Shown: positions 10,050-24,493 of the stretch, piece after piece
How positions within the stretch are numbered: position 1 is the first letter of the stretch
Layout: the number at the start of each line of letters is the position of its first letter
Assembly (NCBI RefSeq): GCF_006345805.1
Contig: NC_043002.1
Location: 91,512,001-91,576,000, forward strand
From: Octopus sinensis
Taxonomy: Eukaryota
Direction of reading: 5' to 3'
DNA length: 64,000 nt
Made by a program: the position numbers and the translations under genes
Notes under the pieces: model-generated
What the model was told of the DNA's origin: nothing
The model's database searches: none
What the model saw: the letters and a program-made list of their open reading frames with translations, nothing else

Positions 10050-10920
10050 ATCGTTTTGACTATGTCGTTTTGCCATTGTCTTGAAAGTCTCCCATATGGC
10101 TTCTTCTGATCTCTTGTATACAACTTGGCAACACTATTGGTCCATTTCTTGTCTGCAAATGGACCCATATTGCAGCTCTACGAAGTTATTGCATTTGGTA
10201 TTCGGCGGACAAATCGTTCGTTCTACTTCGTTTTTAAATTATCTAATTTCGCATATGTTCCGCAATAATGTTCCTGGAACTCAGCTTTTCATGGCTCTCT
10301 GTGTCGGATCTAGTTTCATCATAGTAGTCCACATCTCACTTGCATATAAAGCAGAAGTAGGACAAGTCTATTGAAGATATTAGCACACAGTGTCATGTCC
10401 AGCTGCAATTTGAACACAACTTTAATTAAAGCAACGCTTTCCACTCTTCAGTTAATCTGCCCGGGATTTCAACATTCACATCTCGATTTATACTTACTGT
10501 CTGTCCCATGTAGATGTTCTTCACCTCCTCAATTTCATCACTTCCAACCACAATACGGCTTTGTGTTATGTTTACATTTTCTTTTTATGTGATTTATCTT
10601 GAGGTGTTCTATAAAACTCTGTGTCCAGCCCTATCAACATTTTCTGCAGTTGATCTGAGGTTTTCTGCCATGAGCACAATGTTGTCTACAAATCGGAGAT
10701 GTGTTATATCACGCCATTATCCATGGGTGTTCTTTGTTTTTCAGTTTTTGCCGAAACATTCATATCCAGTTGGAAACTGATCTCTACTGCAGCACATGGC
10801 TTACGCTCCCTATTCCATACAATATCAAGCACATTGTGCTTACACCAGGTTGCTCTTTTGTTTTATTTTCTTCTTGGAAGGTCCTAATGTGCAAGTTGCG
10901 AATTTCTCTAAGTGTCTAGC
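10050..10920 (-). pseudogene. RTE-clade LINE RT C-terminal remnant
   Basis: Minus-strand translation fragments ITHLRFVDNIVLMAE (LRFADD-like) and EIEEVKNIYMGQTVSIN. Heavily disrupted. Confidence 0.7.
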
Positions 10921-10976
10921 CTATTAACATGTATGTTGAAACTAGCACTGGTACTGTGAAAGCCTTATGGGATATA

Positions 10977-11867
10977 CGAGGTGGTATCAAAAGGTTCCCG
11001 GGCTAGTTATGCTTAATTAAAAAAATAACTTACCTAATTTTTAATATAATCTCCTTCGAAATAGTCATCTTGCGCAAGAATACACTGGCTGGCTCCAGCG
11101 TTCCTGCCACTTTTGGAATCCGGCCTGGAAGTCGTTTCCCGTAAGCAAGTCGAGAACTTCCTGTGATTCGCTCTTGATTTTGACAATGGTGTTAAAACAG
11201 CGACCTTTGAGCTGCAGTTTAATCTTGGAGATGAGATGGAAAACCACGGATGCTGAACTTTGTGAATAGAGCGGGTGCGGAAGCGATACCATGTTGCTTT
11301 TGGCGAGAAACTCACGAGTGAAGAGAGTTCGTGATATGGTGCATTGTCACCATGAAGAATCCAACTCCACAGATCCGGTCGCTTTCGCCGAATGTCCTTC
11401 CTCAAACGCTTCAAAACGTCGCAATAGAATTTGCGATTGGCGATCTAGCCCCGAGGGACAAATTCTCGATGCACAATCTTGCGGATGCCAAAAACAACGA
11501 ATAATTTGTTCTTGAATGAGCTGCGGCTCTATGGTGCGCCTGTGCCACTTGAAATATTGCGTGTATGGCCTATTGTCTCGTCGCCCTAAGCTTGCCGAAG
11601 CATGCTCAATGTCTCTGTTGTAGACTTCCCAAGTTTAACGCAGCATTTCACTCACGCTGGTCCTTTTTTTCTAACTTCCTGTCCATGACAAAAATCGCAG
11701 ACTACAACATACACGTGATCACAAGACACAAAATTTTCAACTTGCGAAGTAAACACTGCACACTGCATCACGAAGGTCACCGCTAGCTCTCACAGCGCAC
11801 GCAAACGTGTGCTGCCATCTGCTAGTGTGCTACAGGACTAGTCCTGAAACGCTTTGACATCACCTCG
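10977..11867 (-). mobile_element. Internally deleted mariner (irritans-like CGAGG termini), 891 bp
   Basis: Imperfect ~31-bp TIRs CGAGGTGGTATCAAAAGGTTCCCGGGCTAGT / CGAGGTGATGTCAAAGCGTTTCAGGACTAGT with TA on both flanks. Transposase fragments WILHGDNAPYH and KIKLQLKGRCFNTI...FQAGFQKWQERW. Confidence 0.9.
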
Positions 11868-12199
11868 TAGTTTTATTGAATGCAGACTGCTCTGGCTTTC
11901 ATTCTATCCGAAGTCTAGTAACGTTTCGCATAGCCTTAGAGTAAGCAATATTCTCATTGATTCTGAAGTATTCACAACATTCATTACCGAAGAAAGAATA
12001 GATGAACAAGTCATCCGTATCTATGTTTCGTGTCTGGTCGACAATCCTCGTTTGAAATTAGCAAATATGAATTCTTGTTTTAACAGAACTCTGTTCCTAT
12101 TGTCTCACAGAAATGTACTCAGTTCTTGGTGCCGTTCATATCACTTGAATACAGACATAGGAAATTAAGAAAATGAGTGCGGGTAACATAAATTTTTAT

Positions 12200-13930
12200 C
12201 TTTTCTGTTGGTCATATCTTAAAACGCAAGTTTTTCAGCTGCCTTTCCACTTTCGTCTAACCAGCTTGTGATAATGTCCATCCATTGCGTTCTCTCCCTG
12301 TTTCTTGTTCTACTACCCTCTACTCTTACTCCATGATAATGTGTTTTGGACCTCTACCTCTTCGAATATAGCAATCATAAAAGAGCTTTCGTTTTTACAC
12401 AATGTTAAGGCGTGACATTTCACCTATATGTAACACCCATCCATTTGTTTGATGACCCTTATTTTGATGGTGTTACATGTTGCAACAACATCCATTTGTT
12501 TGATGGCCCTTGTAAGAGGCTCATAACATTCTCATTTCAAATGCATTCATTATATTCTCTTCCATAATGTTCAACGTTCACGCTGCAGAACTATAAATGC
12601 CTACCAGTCAAATGAGTGCACGGACTAGCCTTGTTTTTAAATTAGTTGGGACAGTTTTGCTACTCCAGATATTATTAAGCTTTCTATGGACGTTTTTGCC
12701 TTGGCTAGCTAGGTCCTAATCTCTTTCTTACGTGTATCTTCATCAAAGATTTCGGCTCCAAGGTATTCATACAATTCAGCCTGTTCGAATCTTTTTTTGC
12801 GCAGTTTGATGCTAACATTTACTTTCCCTTTTCTTATCACCATGACTTTTGTTTTCTTATGGTTGAAATAGAAACTATGCGTATGTGATAACTTCTCGAC
12901 TCTATTTATCATTTCCAATCAAAGGTATGCAGTATAATCTGCATACTTTAGATTAGAAATATGCAAACCGTGTATTGTAATGCCATATTCTTGTATTGTA
13001 TCTCGCATTATCCACTCAACGTAGATGCTGAAGAAGCATGAAAAATGAATACAAACCTGAGGAACTCCATTTCCATTTTTGAACTTTTCTGTCATCATTA
13101 TTTACACGAATGCAGAACTCTTACTGAATGTAAAGCTGTTTGGTGAACCTAAGGATGTGTCTCGGAATGTCGTGATATGACGTAACGCGCCACATGTTGA
13201 TATGGTTTACACTGTCAAAAAGCCTTTCTCTAGGAAAGTTGTAAGGTTGTGTAAGGTTGCAAGTTGTTTTCTAAATTGCGTGGATATTTTGCAGATGATA
13301 TCTTGTGCCACGTCCACTTCTAAATCCAGTCTGTTCTCTAACTATTTCTTGTTCGGAAAATAGCTTCAAAACTCCTAGGATGATGACCAAAAGTATTTTA
13401 CTTGCATGTAGTATCCGTATGATTGTTCGATGATTATCACACATAAGCAAGCCTCCTCTTTTGTGAATGGATGCGTATTCTATTGTGCACCAATCTGACT
13501 GTCACTCTTCCACTCTCCAGATCTTACAGTAGAGGTTATAGAAGTATCGTTATGGAACTCTTTCCTGCACTTTTGATCAGTTCAGTCGACACTGCATTAA
13601 GACCTGGTACTTTTCTTGTTTTTTTTAATTTTTTCCAGAACTCTCTCTACCTCACTCTTTAGTGGTCCAGGTTCTATCCCATGCCCAATCACAACGACTG
13701 TTCGAGTACTTTCATACAATTTCTTGGTGTGTTCCAACCATCTTTGATTTACCAGTCTTGCTGCTGTTATAAATATTTCTTCTTGTGATTTTATACTGTC
13801 CGTCTTTGCAGTGTTTTCCCTTTGAGTTACTTCACTTCTTATGAGTTGGAGAAGACTTTTCAAGTCATGTTCACTTTGCTCTTCTTGAGTTTCTCAGAAA
13901 TTGGTTAGTTACCTGTAACGTTTGCATTTC
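12200..13930 (-). pseudogene. RTE/BovB-like LINE ORF remnant
   Basis: Minus-strand fragments EPGPLKSEVERVLEKIKKNK, NHKKTKVMVI...EQAELYEYLGAEI and HGVRVEGSRTRNRERTQWMDII. Many stops. Confidence 0.8.
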
Positions 13931-14099
13931 CTTAACATGGCTAACAAGGGGTTCACTGCCAGGACAGGGAGCATTCCAGATAAGCTGTCACTCCAGAATG
14001 TTCCTGTTGGTAGCCTAGAAATTATAATAGTTTCTTCAGTCCTTATTATTAGCTCTGTCAACTATGTTGTTGTCAGTCTCTTAATGGTAATGACCATAG

Positions 14100-14348
14100 C
14101 AGTGGTTCTCAACCAGTTTTTGCTATGGACCCTTATTTCAGTTTTACTCTACTGGGCCACCATAACCATTCATTGTGTATATCAAAAAAATCCTACTGCA
14201 TTCTGACAATTAAATATCATTAGGAATTGTAAAAAAAAAAAAAATTTGTGTAATGTCAAAGTATAAGCAATCTATTGCCAATAAATTTGAATAACAAATG
14301 CTTTTCTGGACGCCCAAGGGCAACATGGATCCCGATTGAGAACCACTG
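14100..14348. mobile_element. hAT (Charlie-like) MITE, 249 bp
   Basis: TIR CAGTGGTTCTCAA / TTGAGAACCACTG. 8-bp flanks GACCATAG / GATTATAG (6/8). Confidence 0.8.
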
Positions 14349-14684
14349 GATTATAGCCATAAAAACCATACCAGGTTAGTGGTGACTCTACAATGAACCA
14401 AGGACAAAAGTCAAATGCCTTCTTATAGTTGGCCCACACAGTCAGTAGATTTCGGCCGTGCTGTTTTGTCCCTTAACGACAGCATTGTTGATCAGGGGCT
14501 GCTTATCACCGTTTCAGGCACCTTTTTTCCCCTCCCCTCCTACTTGCTCATTGGTCACTACAGTGTATATTTAACGATGATCCTGGAAGAAAACATTCAA
14601 ACAGCCTTTGTGTAACTCATACATGTCTTTCAATCACGCTGTTGACTTGTAGTGTTCCGCCACACGTGTCCCCTGAGCTATTAG

Positions 14685-15108
14685 GGATCTTTTGGTTTGA
14701 ACGGCAGTTTTTTCTAGCGGTGTCATATGAAATTGTCACCCATAATTATGACCCTAGTATCGATCTATTGCATTTCAATCTGTTTTAGCGTTAGGGTTAG
14801 TTAGGGTTAGGGTTAGGGGTGGAAGGAGGGTATCTTTTTTCTTCACAAATGTAAATAAACCCGATCTGTTTCTTAAACGAGGGACATATTCATACGGCAC
14901 AGAAATGTTTTTTTACCTCAATGGACGTCAGTGATTGGTTGAAATTGTAGAAATTGAAGAAAAAAAACAACAAATATCTTACAAACTATAAAATTTCTCA
15001 ATAAAGCCAAGAGAAAAAGATGTTTTATAAACACATTCTACCAGTATACGAAGTTTTTTAGTTACCTAGAAATTATGTTAAAAACTGCCGTTCAAACCGA
15101 AAAGATCC
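14685..15108 (+). mobile_element. MITE-T1 copy 3
   Basis: TIRs present. TSD GCTATTAG / GCAATTAG (7/8). TTAGGG tract at about 14790-14820. Confidence 0.9.
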
Positions 15109-15404
15109 GCAATTAGTGTTGTACGCACAACTACCAACTGATCTTATACGTCAAGAGCAGTGTTCAGCGTCCTCTCGGACAAGTTAACAAGGGTTGAATA
15201 TGAGCTCTCTCTACCAATAACCCATTAACATGTCTTCCACAGGTGATTCTCTGTTTGGTAGTTTTTCAACAACCGACAGGAGAGTCTCAGTGCAGACATA
15301 GGTTTACATATTAATCGCTTCGTAGCTCGTGTAATCACATATCACGAAAGCTGTTTGCTGTTTACATATCAGCTGCCACCTTAAAAAATGTTCCACTGCT
15401 TTTT

Positions 15405-15439
15405 CTATGTATGTATGTATGTATGTATGTATGTATGTA

Positions 15440-15475
<36 letters not shown>

Positions 15476-15565
15476 GTGTGTGTGTGTGGTGTGTGTGTGT
15501 GTATGTATGTATGTATGTATGTATGTATGTATGTATTATGTATGTATGTATGTATGTATGTATGT
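15405..15565. repeat. (TATG)n/(TG)n microsatellite
   Basis: Visible directly. Confidence 0.95.
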
Positions 15566-15914
15566 TTGAGAGGTATCTCTTTTCCTGTATATATATATAT
15601 ATATACTAGGTGTTAATACGAGTTTGTTTTATACACACACACACACACATATATATATATACACGCCCACATATATACGCGACACAGCCGTATAAGAATT
15701 TGTATATGTGTGTGTGTGTGTGCGCGCGCGTTCTGTAAAAGTCCGAGTATCTAGTTTCACATCAGATTAAACTATAAATATACTAAGACCGATTCGTTGA
15801 TACCAAAAATCATAAATTATATGTACATACATACATACATACTTACATACATACATACATACATACATGCATGCATACATACATACATACTACATACATA
15901 CATACATACATACA

Positions 15915-15948
<34 letters not shown>

Positions 15949-15949
<1 letters not shown>

Positions 15950-16348
15950 CTTTATATATAAAAGTGAGGTTGTGTGCTGTCTGTCTCCTACGATTTAGAT
16001 TCCTAACTACTCCCACATTTTGCGGTGCAGTGTAACCAAAAGCGGATATCTTATAGTCGTGATTCATATCGAGCCCTTCTGGGTATTAGCGCGCGTCTAC
16101 GATGAGTCTACGATTTAAAAAAAAAATTACCATCATTTTTTCCCATTTTTAATGTATTTTTTTGCTATTATATAAGGGAAGTAACTCTCTAAAAATGTAT
16201 TATTAAATCTCAGAACGTAAAAAGCTACAGTAACCCCTCCCCCCTTTGTGGTTAGCCATATTGAGATGGCTATTATACTTTACATCTCTAAAAATGCTTA
16301 TATAGTTATTTCCCTTACAAATCTGAGCAACGCCGGGCGATACTGCTA

Positions 16349-16349
<1 letters not shown>
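15949..16349 (+). mobile_element. Non-autonomous Helitron, family Hel-A
   Basis: Inserted between A and T: A|TCTTTATATATAAAAG...gagcaacgccggg-cgatactg-CTAG|T. Subterminal GC hairpin, no TSD. Confidence 0.85.
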
Positions 16350-16400
<51 letters not shown>

Positions 16401-16676
16401 CTGATTATAAACAATTGATTTCTCATCTTCTTATAACGATATCTTAAAACAAAATAAAACAAATTATGAGACGCAGAGAAGATGGAATAAGAAATGTGAA
16501 GAAGAGAGAGTAAGAAAGAAGGAAAGCGGCACTTCGATACAAAGCGTGATAATTCTTACTTAACTAAACAAACTCATGTAGACAGTAGCAACTAATGAAA
16601 GCATTCAAATTTAATTCTTCGCTTATTTACTCCCGTATAAATATCGGTTATTAGATTGAAATTTGTTTTCACACAA

Positions 16677-17048
16677 TCTCTCTATATATAAACGGCAGTT
16701 TGTCTGTGTGTGTTTCTGTGTGTCTGTTAGGTTGTACCCTCACCCTGACCACGGCTTTCAACCGATTCTGATGAAACTTGACACACACATAGCCCAATGT
16801 CATAATTCAAAACTAACGCAGCGAAAATTTTGAAAAGTTCCCCCAGTTCTGAAAGAAATCGATAAATTCGACATGGGGTCGAGAATCAGAAACACAAACC
16901 ACAGACTGTCTAGGGGACGCAACTAGACCTTTTTAACTAAAAAACAAATTTACCATAATTTTTTTTCCATTTTTTGGCTATAACTCTCTAAAAATGCTTT
17001 ATAGTTATTTCCCTTGCAAACCCGAGCAACGCCGGGCGATACTGCTAG
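16677..17048 (+). mobile_element. Helitron with the Hel-A 3' end and a different 5' body
   Basis: A|TCTCTCTATATATAAACGG...CCCGAGCAACGCCGGG-cgatactg-CTAG|T. The last ~75 bp match Hel-A and the rest does not. Confidence 0.82.
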
Positions 17049-17324
17049 TATTATATAAACCTCCTTTTTTTTTTTTTTTACCTTTTGATTCGATTATTTA
17101 AGCTGCTTTGTTTTTTTTAATGTTTGTATCATGGAAATTTAATTCTTTATTTATTCACTATAAATAACAAAATTGGAAAGCATAACGTACGGCTCTCTGT
17201 CATTTTTTTTCCATTTTTTTTTTTTTTGTATTTTTTCCTTTTTTGGAAAAAGATATTTTGCCACGGAAGCTGGAAATTTTTACTTTTTCTTTGTATTCAC
17301 AGATATTAAATGTTTACCAAACAT

Positions 17325-17535
17325 CCCTCTTCTTCTCCTCTTCCTTCCTTTCTTTCTTTCTTTCTTTCTTTCTTCCCTTCCTCCTCATTCTTTTTCCTTC
17401 TTCTTTCTTCTTCTTCTTCTTCTTTCTTCTTCTTCTTCATCATCTTCTTCTTCATTCTCTTCTTCTTCTTTTCTTCTTCTTCTTCTTCTTCTTCTTCTTC
17501 TTCTTCTTCTTCTTCTTCTTCTTCTTCTTCTTCTT
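17325..17535. repeat. Polypyrimidine (CTTT)n/(TTC)n tract
   Basis: About 210 bp almost entirely C/T, ending in a pure TTC run. Confidence 0.95.
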
Positions 17536-17974
17536 TACGTTCGAAGTTCACACCACATCCAGGTCAACTTTAACTTTTTAACTTCCATCCTAGTCAAGTA
17601 TTGGATAGAATATATATATATATATATAGAAAGAGTGAGTGAGTGAGAGCAAGTAGCATGGTATGTAACAGGGTAGTCTATACTAAGCTATGATGAAGAC
17701 AGAAAACAACCAGTCTATGAATCTTAGTCCCCCCCCACCACCAACTTAGCGACTCATTGCCTGTCATGAAGCCTACCCTGAGCACACATCCTTCAACTCG
17801 CGTGTTAACTGTCTCTGTATCTCGCTTTTACTGTTTAGCTATTAGCAACAGAAGTGATATCAGTATCGAAAATCTATCGGAATATCCTACTCAACGTGAA
17901 TACTGTAAGGGCGCCATATTGCTGCAATATTCGTCCCAAGAAAGCATCTCAGATAGACGTGTCTTTTATCCTTT

Positions 17975-18325
17975 ATCTTTTACTGTCTCAGTTATTTGAC
18001 TGCGGCCATGCTGGGGTACCGTCTTGAAATGTTTCAGTCGAACAAATTGACTCCAGGACTTATTTTTTTTAAAAAGCTTTGTACTTATTTTTTTGCCGAA
18101 CTGCTAAGTTACGTGGACGCAAACCCACTAACACTGGTTGTCAAGTGGTGGTGGGAGACAAACAGACACAAAGACACACGCACAGATATCTACACACACA
18201 AACACACACACAGATGTATGTATGTATAAATACGACGGACTTCTTTCAGTTTTCATCTACAAAATTCATTCACGAACCATGTGGTTAGGTAGCAAGCGTC
18301 TTATCTTACAGCCACGACTGCGAAT
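17975..18325 (-). mobile_element. SINE-O with internal deletion
   Basis: Tail ttttactgtctcagttatttgactgcggccatgctgg and head aaccatgtggttaggtagcaagc. Confidence 0.75.
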
Positions 18326-18616
18326 ATAGTAATAAAAATCACAGAAGTATCACTAGCAGACGAAAAATATCCATCACCCGCGGTGGAACTATTATATCAC
18401 GTTATTTCTGCGTATTTGTGCTTCATCAGCAGTAGGTAGCAAAACTTCACCTCAAATGATATTTAGAAAAATAGTGATTAATCAGACACTGGTATCGTAA
18501 ATGGCTAGTAGGCTGTGTAAAAATAAGTTAACGATGAATATAATATTAGTACCGAGTGGCGATTTGTATATCTACGCAACGTGTATAAACTGTAAGAATT
18601 CTATACTTCTACTTTA

Positions 18617-19052
18617 GAATCTTTTCGGTTTGAACGGCAGTTTTTAACATAATTTCTAGGTAACTAAAAAATTTAAACGTGTACTGGTAGAATGTGTTTA
18701 TAAAACATCTTTTTCTCTTGGCTTTATTGAGAAAATTCTATGGTTTGTAAGATATTTGTTGGGTTTTTCTTCAATTTCTACAATTTCAACCAATCACTGA
18801 CGTCCATTGAGGTAAAAAACATTCTGTGCCGTATGAATATGTCCCTCGTTTAAGAAACAGATTGGGTTTATTTACATTTGTGAAGAAAAAAGATACCCTT
18901 CCCCCACCCCAAACCGTAACCCTAACTAACCCTAACCAACTCTAACGCTAAAACAGATTGAAATGCAATAGGTCGATACTAGGGTCATAATTATGGGTGA
19001 CAATTTCATATGACACCGCTAGAAAAAACTGCCGTTCAAACCGAAAAGATCC
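18617..19052 (-). mobile_element. MITE-T1 copy 4
   Basis: TIRs present (left GGATC mutated to GAATC). Perfect TSD CTACTTTA (18609-18616 / 19053-19060). Confidence 0.92.
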
Positions 19053-20299
19053 CTACTTTAATCGTCATGAAAAAGCATCTTGCATGTCTGCTGCCGATAC
19101 TTCTGTGCCTTTTAGCACTATACATCTGTACGTTTTGCTTTCTCCAGTAGAATACCACAGTATTGTGGCGTTCTCACAGTACATCCACCTTAAGTAGGAT
19201 ATGCAGCTTACTATTCACTTTTACACATTTCTCCCTTCTCTCTCTCTGAACAATTTGTAAAATATGGTTGATGAACTCAACCAACCAACCAGCCAAACGA
19301 CATTTATATCGGCTCTTATTAAATAGAGAAATGCAAACATATATACATACATACTTTGTTTTTTGTTGAACTATTTATTGTCAAATCTAAACTCTCGTCT
19401 AGGTTAATTATTTATCTCGTAACCTACGCTAAATTGTATTCTATAACTATAAAATCGGTCTCATAATATATAATAATTTCGAATAATATAAAATCGCAAT
19501 CTAAATCAGAAGGAAATAAATTTTATATTTATTTGAAGGAAAAAATATGTGATTATGACTGACAAAATCGCTAACGTGTATATTATAACAAATAATAAAA
19601 AAAATGGCAGTATTTTGTTTCATCGTTGGACCCCCTTTTATCAACTAATATGTATATTTTTGTGTGAAAGTGTAATTGTGTGCGTGTAGACACAGAACAT
19701 ACTACTGTGTAGTATGTTCTGTGTCTGTGTCTGCAAGTGTCTATACGTCTGTGTATGTTGTGTAAACAGTGAAATTTGTATACAGTTGTACGATCAAAAG
19801 GAAATGCCGAATTGAAAACCAGCTACAAAGAAAGGGAGAGAAAGAGAGAATAAAACAGAGTAAGAGGGAGAGGTGTAGATATACAAACAGTGAGGGGGCA
19901 GACAGATAAACAAACACGAGAGGAAAGAAAATGAGACAGAGTGAAGGAGAGTGAGAGAACGAAGGTGAGAGAAGAGGAGAGGTAGAAAACGAGGGAGCGA
20001 GAGAGAGAGAGAAAGGGGGAGTAAGAGATAGAAACAAGGATTGAAAGAGTAGACGCTAACGAATGAATTATTAAAATATGCTGTATTTGCTTATTTTCCC
20101 ACTTGACGACAGGTAACCAATAAACAAACTTAATTTCACTAAAACTAAAACATGAATGTAGGTGAAATTGATTTGCTTACGGATTTTAGAATTATTTTAC
20201 AACATTCATACAGACCTGCATATACACACAAATATATACTACATACATACATACACAGAAATATAAACATACACACGTTTGTACCTGTAATGAATATGT

Positions 20300-21022
<723 letters not shown>

Positions 21023-21046
21023 AAAATTATACAAATATTATACATA

Positions 21047-21215
21047 TAGGCGCAGGCATGGCTGTGTGGTAAGAAGATTGCTTCCCAAGCACATGATTCC
21101 GGGTTCAGTCCCACTGAGTGGAATCTTGAGCAAGTGTCTTCTACTATAGCCTCGAGCCAACAGCAGCCTTGTGAATGGATTTGGTGGACGGAAAGTGAAA
21201 GAAGAACGTCGTATA
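21047..21215 (+). mobile_element. SINE-O 5' half
   Basis: taggcgcaggcatggctgtgtggtaagaag...ttccgggttcagtcccactg...cttgagcaagtgtcttctactatagcc. The tRNA-like head is followed by a CORE-like cttgggcaagt. Confidence 0.85.
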
Positions 21216-21233
21216 TATGTAAATATATATATA

Positions 21234-21597
21234 CTAGCAGTATCGCCCGGCGTTGCTCGGGTTTATAAGGGAAATAACTATATAAGCATTTTTAGAGATG
21301 TAAAGTATAATAGCCATCTCAATATGGCTAACCACAAAGGGGAGGGGTGTTACTGTAGCTTTTTACGTTCTGAGATTTTTAGAGAGTTATTTCCCTTATA
21401 TATGCCAAAAATTGATGGTAAATTTTTTTTTTTAATCGTAGACTCATCGTAGACGCGCGCTAATACCCAGAAGGGCTCGATATGAATCACGACCATAAGA
21501 TACCCGGTTTTGGTTAAACTGCACCGCAAAATGTGGGAGTAGTTAGGAATCTAAATCGTAGGAGACAGACAGCACACATCCTCACTTTTATATATAA

Positions 21598-21600
<3 letters not shown>
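21234..21600 (-). mobile_element. Helitron Hel-A
   Basis: Reverse complement of 15949-16349, with the same TC / hairpin / CTAG ends between A and T. Confidence 0.85.
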
Positions 21601-21659
<59 letters not shown>

Positions 21660-21675
21660 GTATATATATTATATA

Positions 21676-21719
<44 letters not shown>

Positions 21720-22024
21720 GTATATATATATATATATAATATATATATATATAATATATGTATATATACAGTATTTGGGGACACTCCTGTTGCCAGTTAA
21801 GCCAATAAAAACACACGCACTATATGTTTGGTGTTCACTTGCTTCAGCTTTGAACGCGAAATACAATTAATATAATATAAATTAAAGCTGAAGCCAGTGA
21901 ACACCAAATATGGGGTGCCTGTGTTTTTATTGGCTAAACTGGCAACATGACCATCGCCAAATATAACAATATCTGTTTCAACACATGAATTCACGCCAAG
22001 AATCTTGCAAAACGAACATATATA

Positions 22025-22069
<45 letters not shown>

Positions 22070-22087
22070 TATATATATATATATGCA

Positions 22088-22546
22088 CTAGCTTAAGTTG
22101 ACCCGCTCTACGCGCGGGTGAGTGTGTGGTTGTGACGTTCTGTTGCTTCCTTTCTGTTTCTTATCGCCACATTCTCGCTCTTTGTTTCTCTCTCCTTTCT
22201 CACTTTCCCACTCTCTTACTCTTCCTTTCTCTCGGACTCTCCTTCGCTTTCTCTTACTCTTTATCTTGCTCTATCTCTCTCTCTCTGCCATTTATAAAAA
22301 TTAGATTTCCGCGTTTAAATTACAAATCCGCTTCCACTTTACCATTTTGAAAATTTAATTGAAATCGGGCAAAAGGTGTCCGATCTAGACCCCACCCCCC
22401 AAGTGTCCCCCAAAATCAATAAAATCCTAGTTTTCAAGTTACTCACTCCTGTAAATTTTAATCCCCTTCCATCCCCATTTAGACCCCTTTTTACATAAAA
22501 ATCCAATTTGTATCAACGTTCACCTTCATTTTATAGATTAAATAGA
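22088..22546 (-). mobile_element. Non-autonomous Helitron, family Hel-B
   Basis: Minus strand A|TCTATTTAATCTATAAAATG...CTAG|T. Hairpin ACCCGC-TCTACGC-GCGGGT (22101-22119) lies 9 nt from CTAG. Internal (CT)-rich tract. Confidence 0.75.
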
Positions 22547-22659
22547 TATACCGGGCCTTGCTCGAGATTAAAATAGTTTATTATTGTTTTACTTGTTTTG
22601 TGATTTGAACAATGTTATTTTGATTTTAGAAATATCCTACAATACTTGAAAGTGAACTA

Positions 22660-22862
22660 AGGCAGCAAGCTAGCAGAATTGGTAGCGCATCAGGCAAAAT
22701 GCTTAGCTGCATTTCGTCCGCCTTTACGCTCTGAGTTCAATTTCTGCCGAGATCGACTTTGCTTGTCGTCCTTCCGGTATCGACAAAATAAATACCATTT
22801 GACCACTTGAGTCAGCCCCCTCTCAGAAATTGTTGGCCTTATGCAAAAAGTTGAAACCAACA
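22660..22862 (+). mobile_element. Old SINE-M
   Basis: aggcagcaagctagcagaattgg...gagttcaatttctgccgagatcgactttgc. Confidence 0.7.
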
Positions 22863-22899
22863 TTTGAAAGTGAATTAAGTATATATTTTTTTGTTTTGT

Positions 22900-23300
22900 T
22901 TTTTATTTTAGAAAAGAGGAACGCAAAACTTCGGCACACAATATTCTATTGACTTAACAGTGAAGATTTGAAATTGAAATGCAATATTTACCGTCAGTAC
23001 AAAGAGAAAATTTTGGAAAGCCAAACGAAAACCTTTAGCAATAATAAATTAATTCACTAACTATACTGCTTTGTGAGATATTTCCAAATGTTTGTGTTAG
23101 TTAGAGAATATTGCTGGTAATTCCCACTACCGTAACATCAACAGAGAAATCTTTTAGCAAACTCAAACACATCAAAAACATTTTAAGGTCTACTTGAAAC
23201 CAAATTAATTGATTCAGCAAGACTCAGTTTTGAATCAGTAATTGATTTCGATAAAATTATTAGATATTTTACAGATAAAAAAATGCCAGAAGACCTAATT
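22900..23300 (+). pseudogene. hAT transposase C-terminal dimerisation-domain remnant
   Basis: 23078-23197 in one frame: IFPNVCVS*RILLVIPTTVTSTEKSFSKLKHIKNILRST* (ERSFSKLK-like), then SVIDFDKIIRYFTDKK. Confidence 0.82.
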
Positions 23301-23850
23301 TCATTAGCTGATTAGGTTTCTCGTTGGTTTGTGTAACATATATTGCTATCTGGTCATTCTGGTGCATAGGAATAAATCATTTTAAAATTTCACCTGTCTT
23401 TATATTTAGATAGTTTGACCTAAATCATCAGGTTCATATATACTTTCATACTCAAAGAGACAATTTGTTCATTATATATTAGTATAACCATATTTTCCTA
23501 TCGTGAAGAAAAATTTGCGTCCTCAAAAATTTCATGATTTACAATTTCCCTTTATTGTATAGACTTAACTGAGCATTCAGCATTGAAGTATTTAACGTCT
23601 ATTTGGGTTTTAAATCCTCAATTTTGAGAGGCGCCGAGAAGGAGTCGTCGTATACAGTCGTGTTCAGCCTTGTGATATTTCTGCCGGAAGCGCTGCTCAC
23701 ATCTTATTTCAAATAAAATATATTTTAATCGCGTAACACAAGAGGGTAGATATAAAACATGATATCTCGTAGTGTGTAGAGATCGTCAATAATATTGCTG
23801 ACATTGAACACCTGATTTTTAAAAAATTTTATGAAGAGATTTCTGTAATC

Positions 23851-24271
23851 GGATCTTTTCGGTTTGAACGGCAGTTTTTTCTAGCGGTGTCATATGAAAT
23901 TGTCACCCATAATTATGACCCTAGTATCGATCTATTGCATTTCAATGTTTTAGGGTTAGGGTTAGTTAGGGTTATGGTTAGGGGGAAGGGTATCTTCTCT
24001 TCTTCACAAATGTAAATAAACCCAATCTTAAACGAGGAACATATTCATACGGCACAGAATGTTTTCACCTCAATAGACGGTCATTGATTGGTTGAAATTG
24101 CAGAAATTGAAGAAAAAACCCACAAATATCTTACAAACTATAGAATTTTCTCAATAAAGCCAAGAGAAAAATATGTTTTATTATAAACACATTCTACCAG
24201 TATACGAAGTTTAAAATTTTTTAGTTACCTAGAAATTATGTTAAAAACTGCCGTTCAAACCGAAAAGATCC
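23851..24271 (+). mobile_element. MITE-T1 copy 5
   Basis: TIRs present. TSD CTGTAATC / CTGAAATC (7/8). Confidence 0.9.
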
Positions 24272-24282
24272 CTGAAATCATT

Positions 24283-24455
24283 AAGAAAGGTGCAACTGTG
24301 TGGTAAGAAATTTGCATTCCAGCCAGATGGTTCCGGGTTCAGCCTCACTGAGTGGCACCTTGGGCAAGTGTCTTCTATAGCCTCGGGTCGACCAAAATCT
24401 TGTGAGTGGATTTCATAGATGGAAACTGAAAGGTGTCTATCGTAAGTGTATACAT

Positions 24456-24493
<38 letters not shown>

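Noticed and set aside
17838-17904. Plus-strand exon candidate (tttag|...|gtaagg)
   Set aside because: Splice-like sites only, no recognisable peptide and no partner exons.
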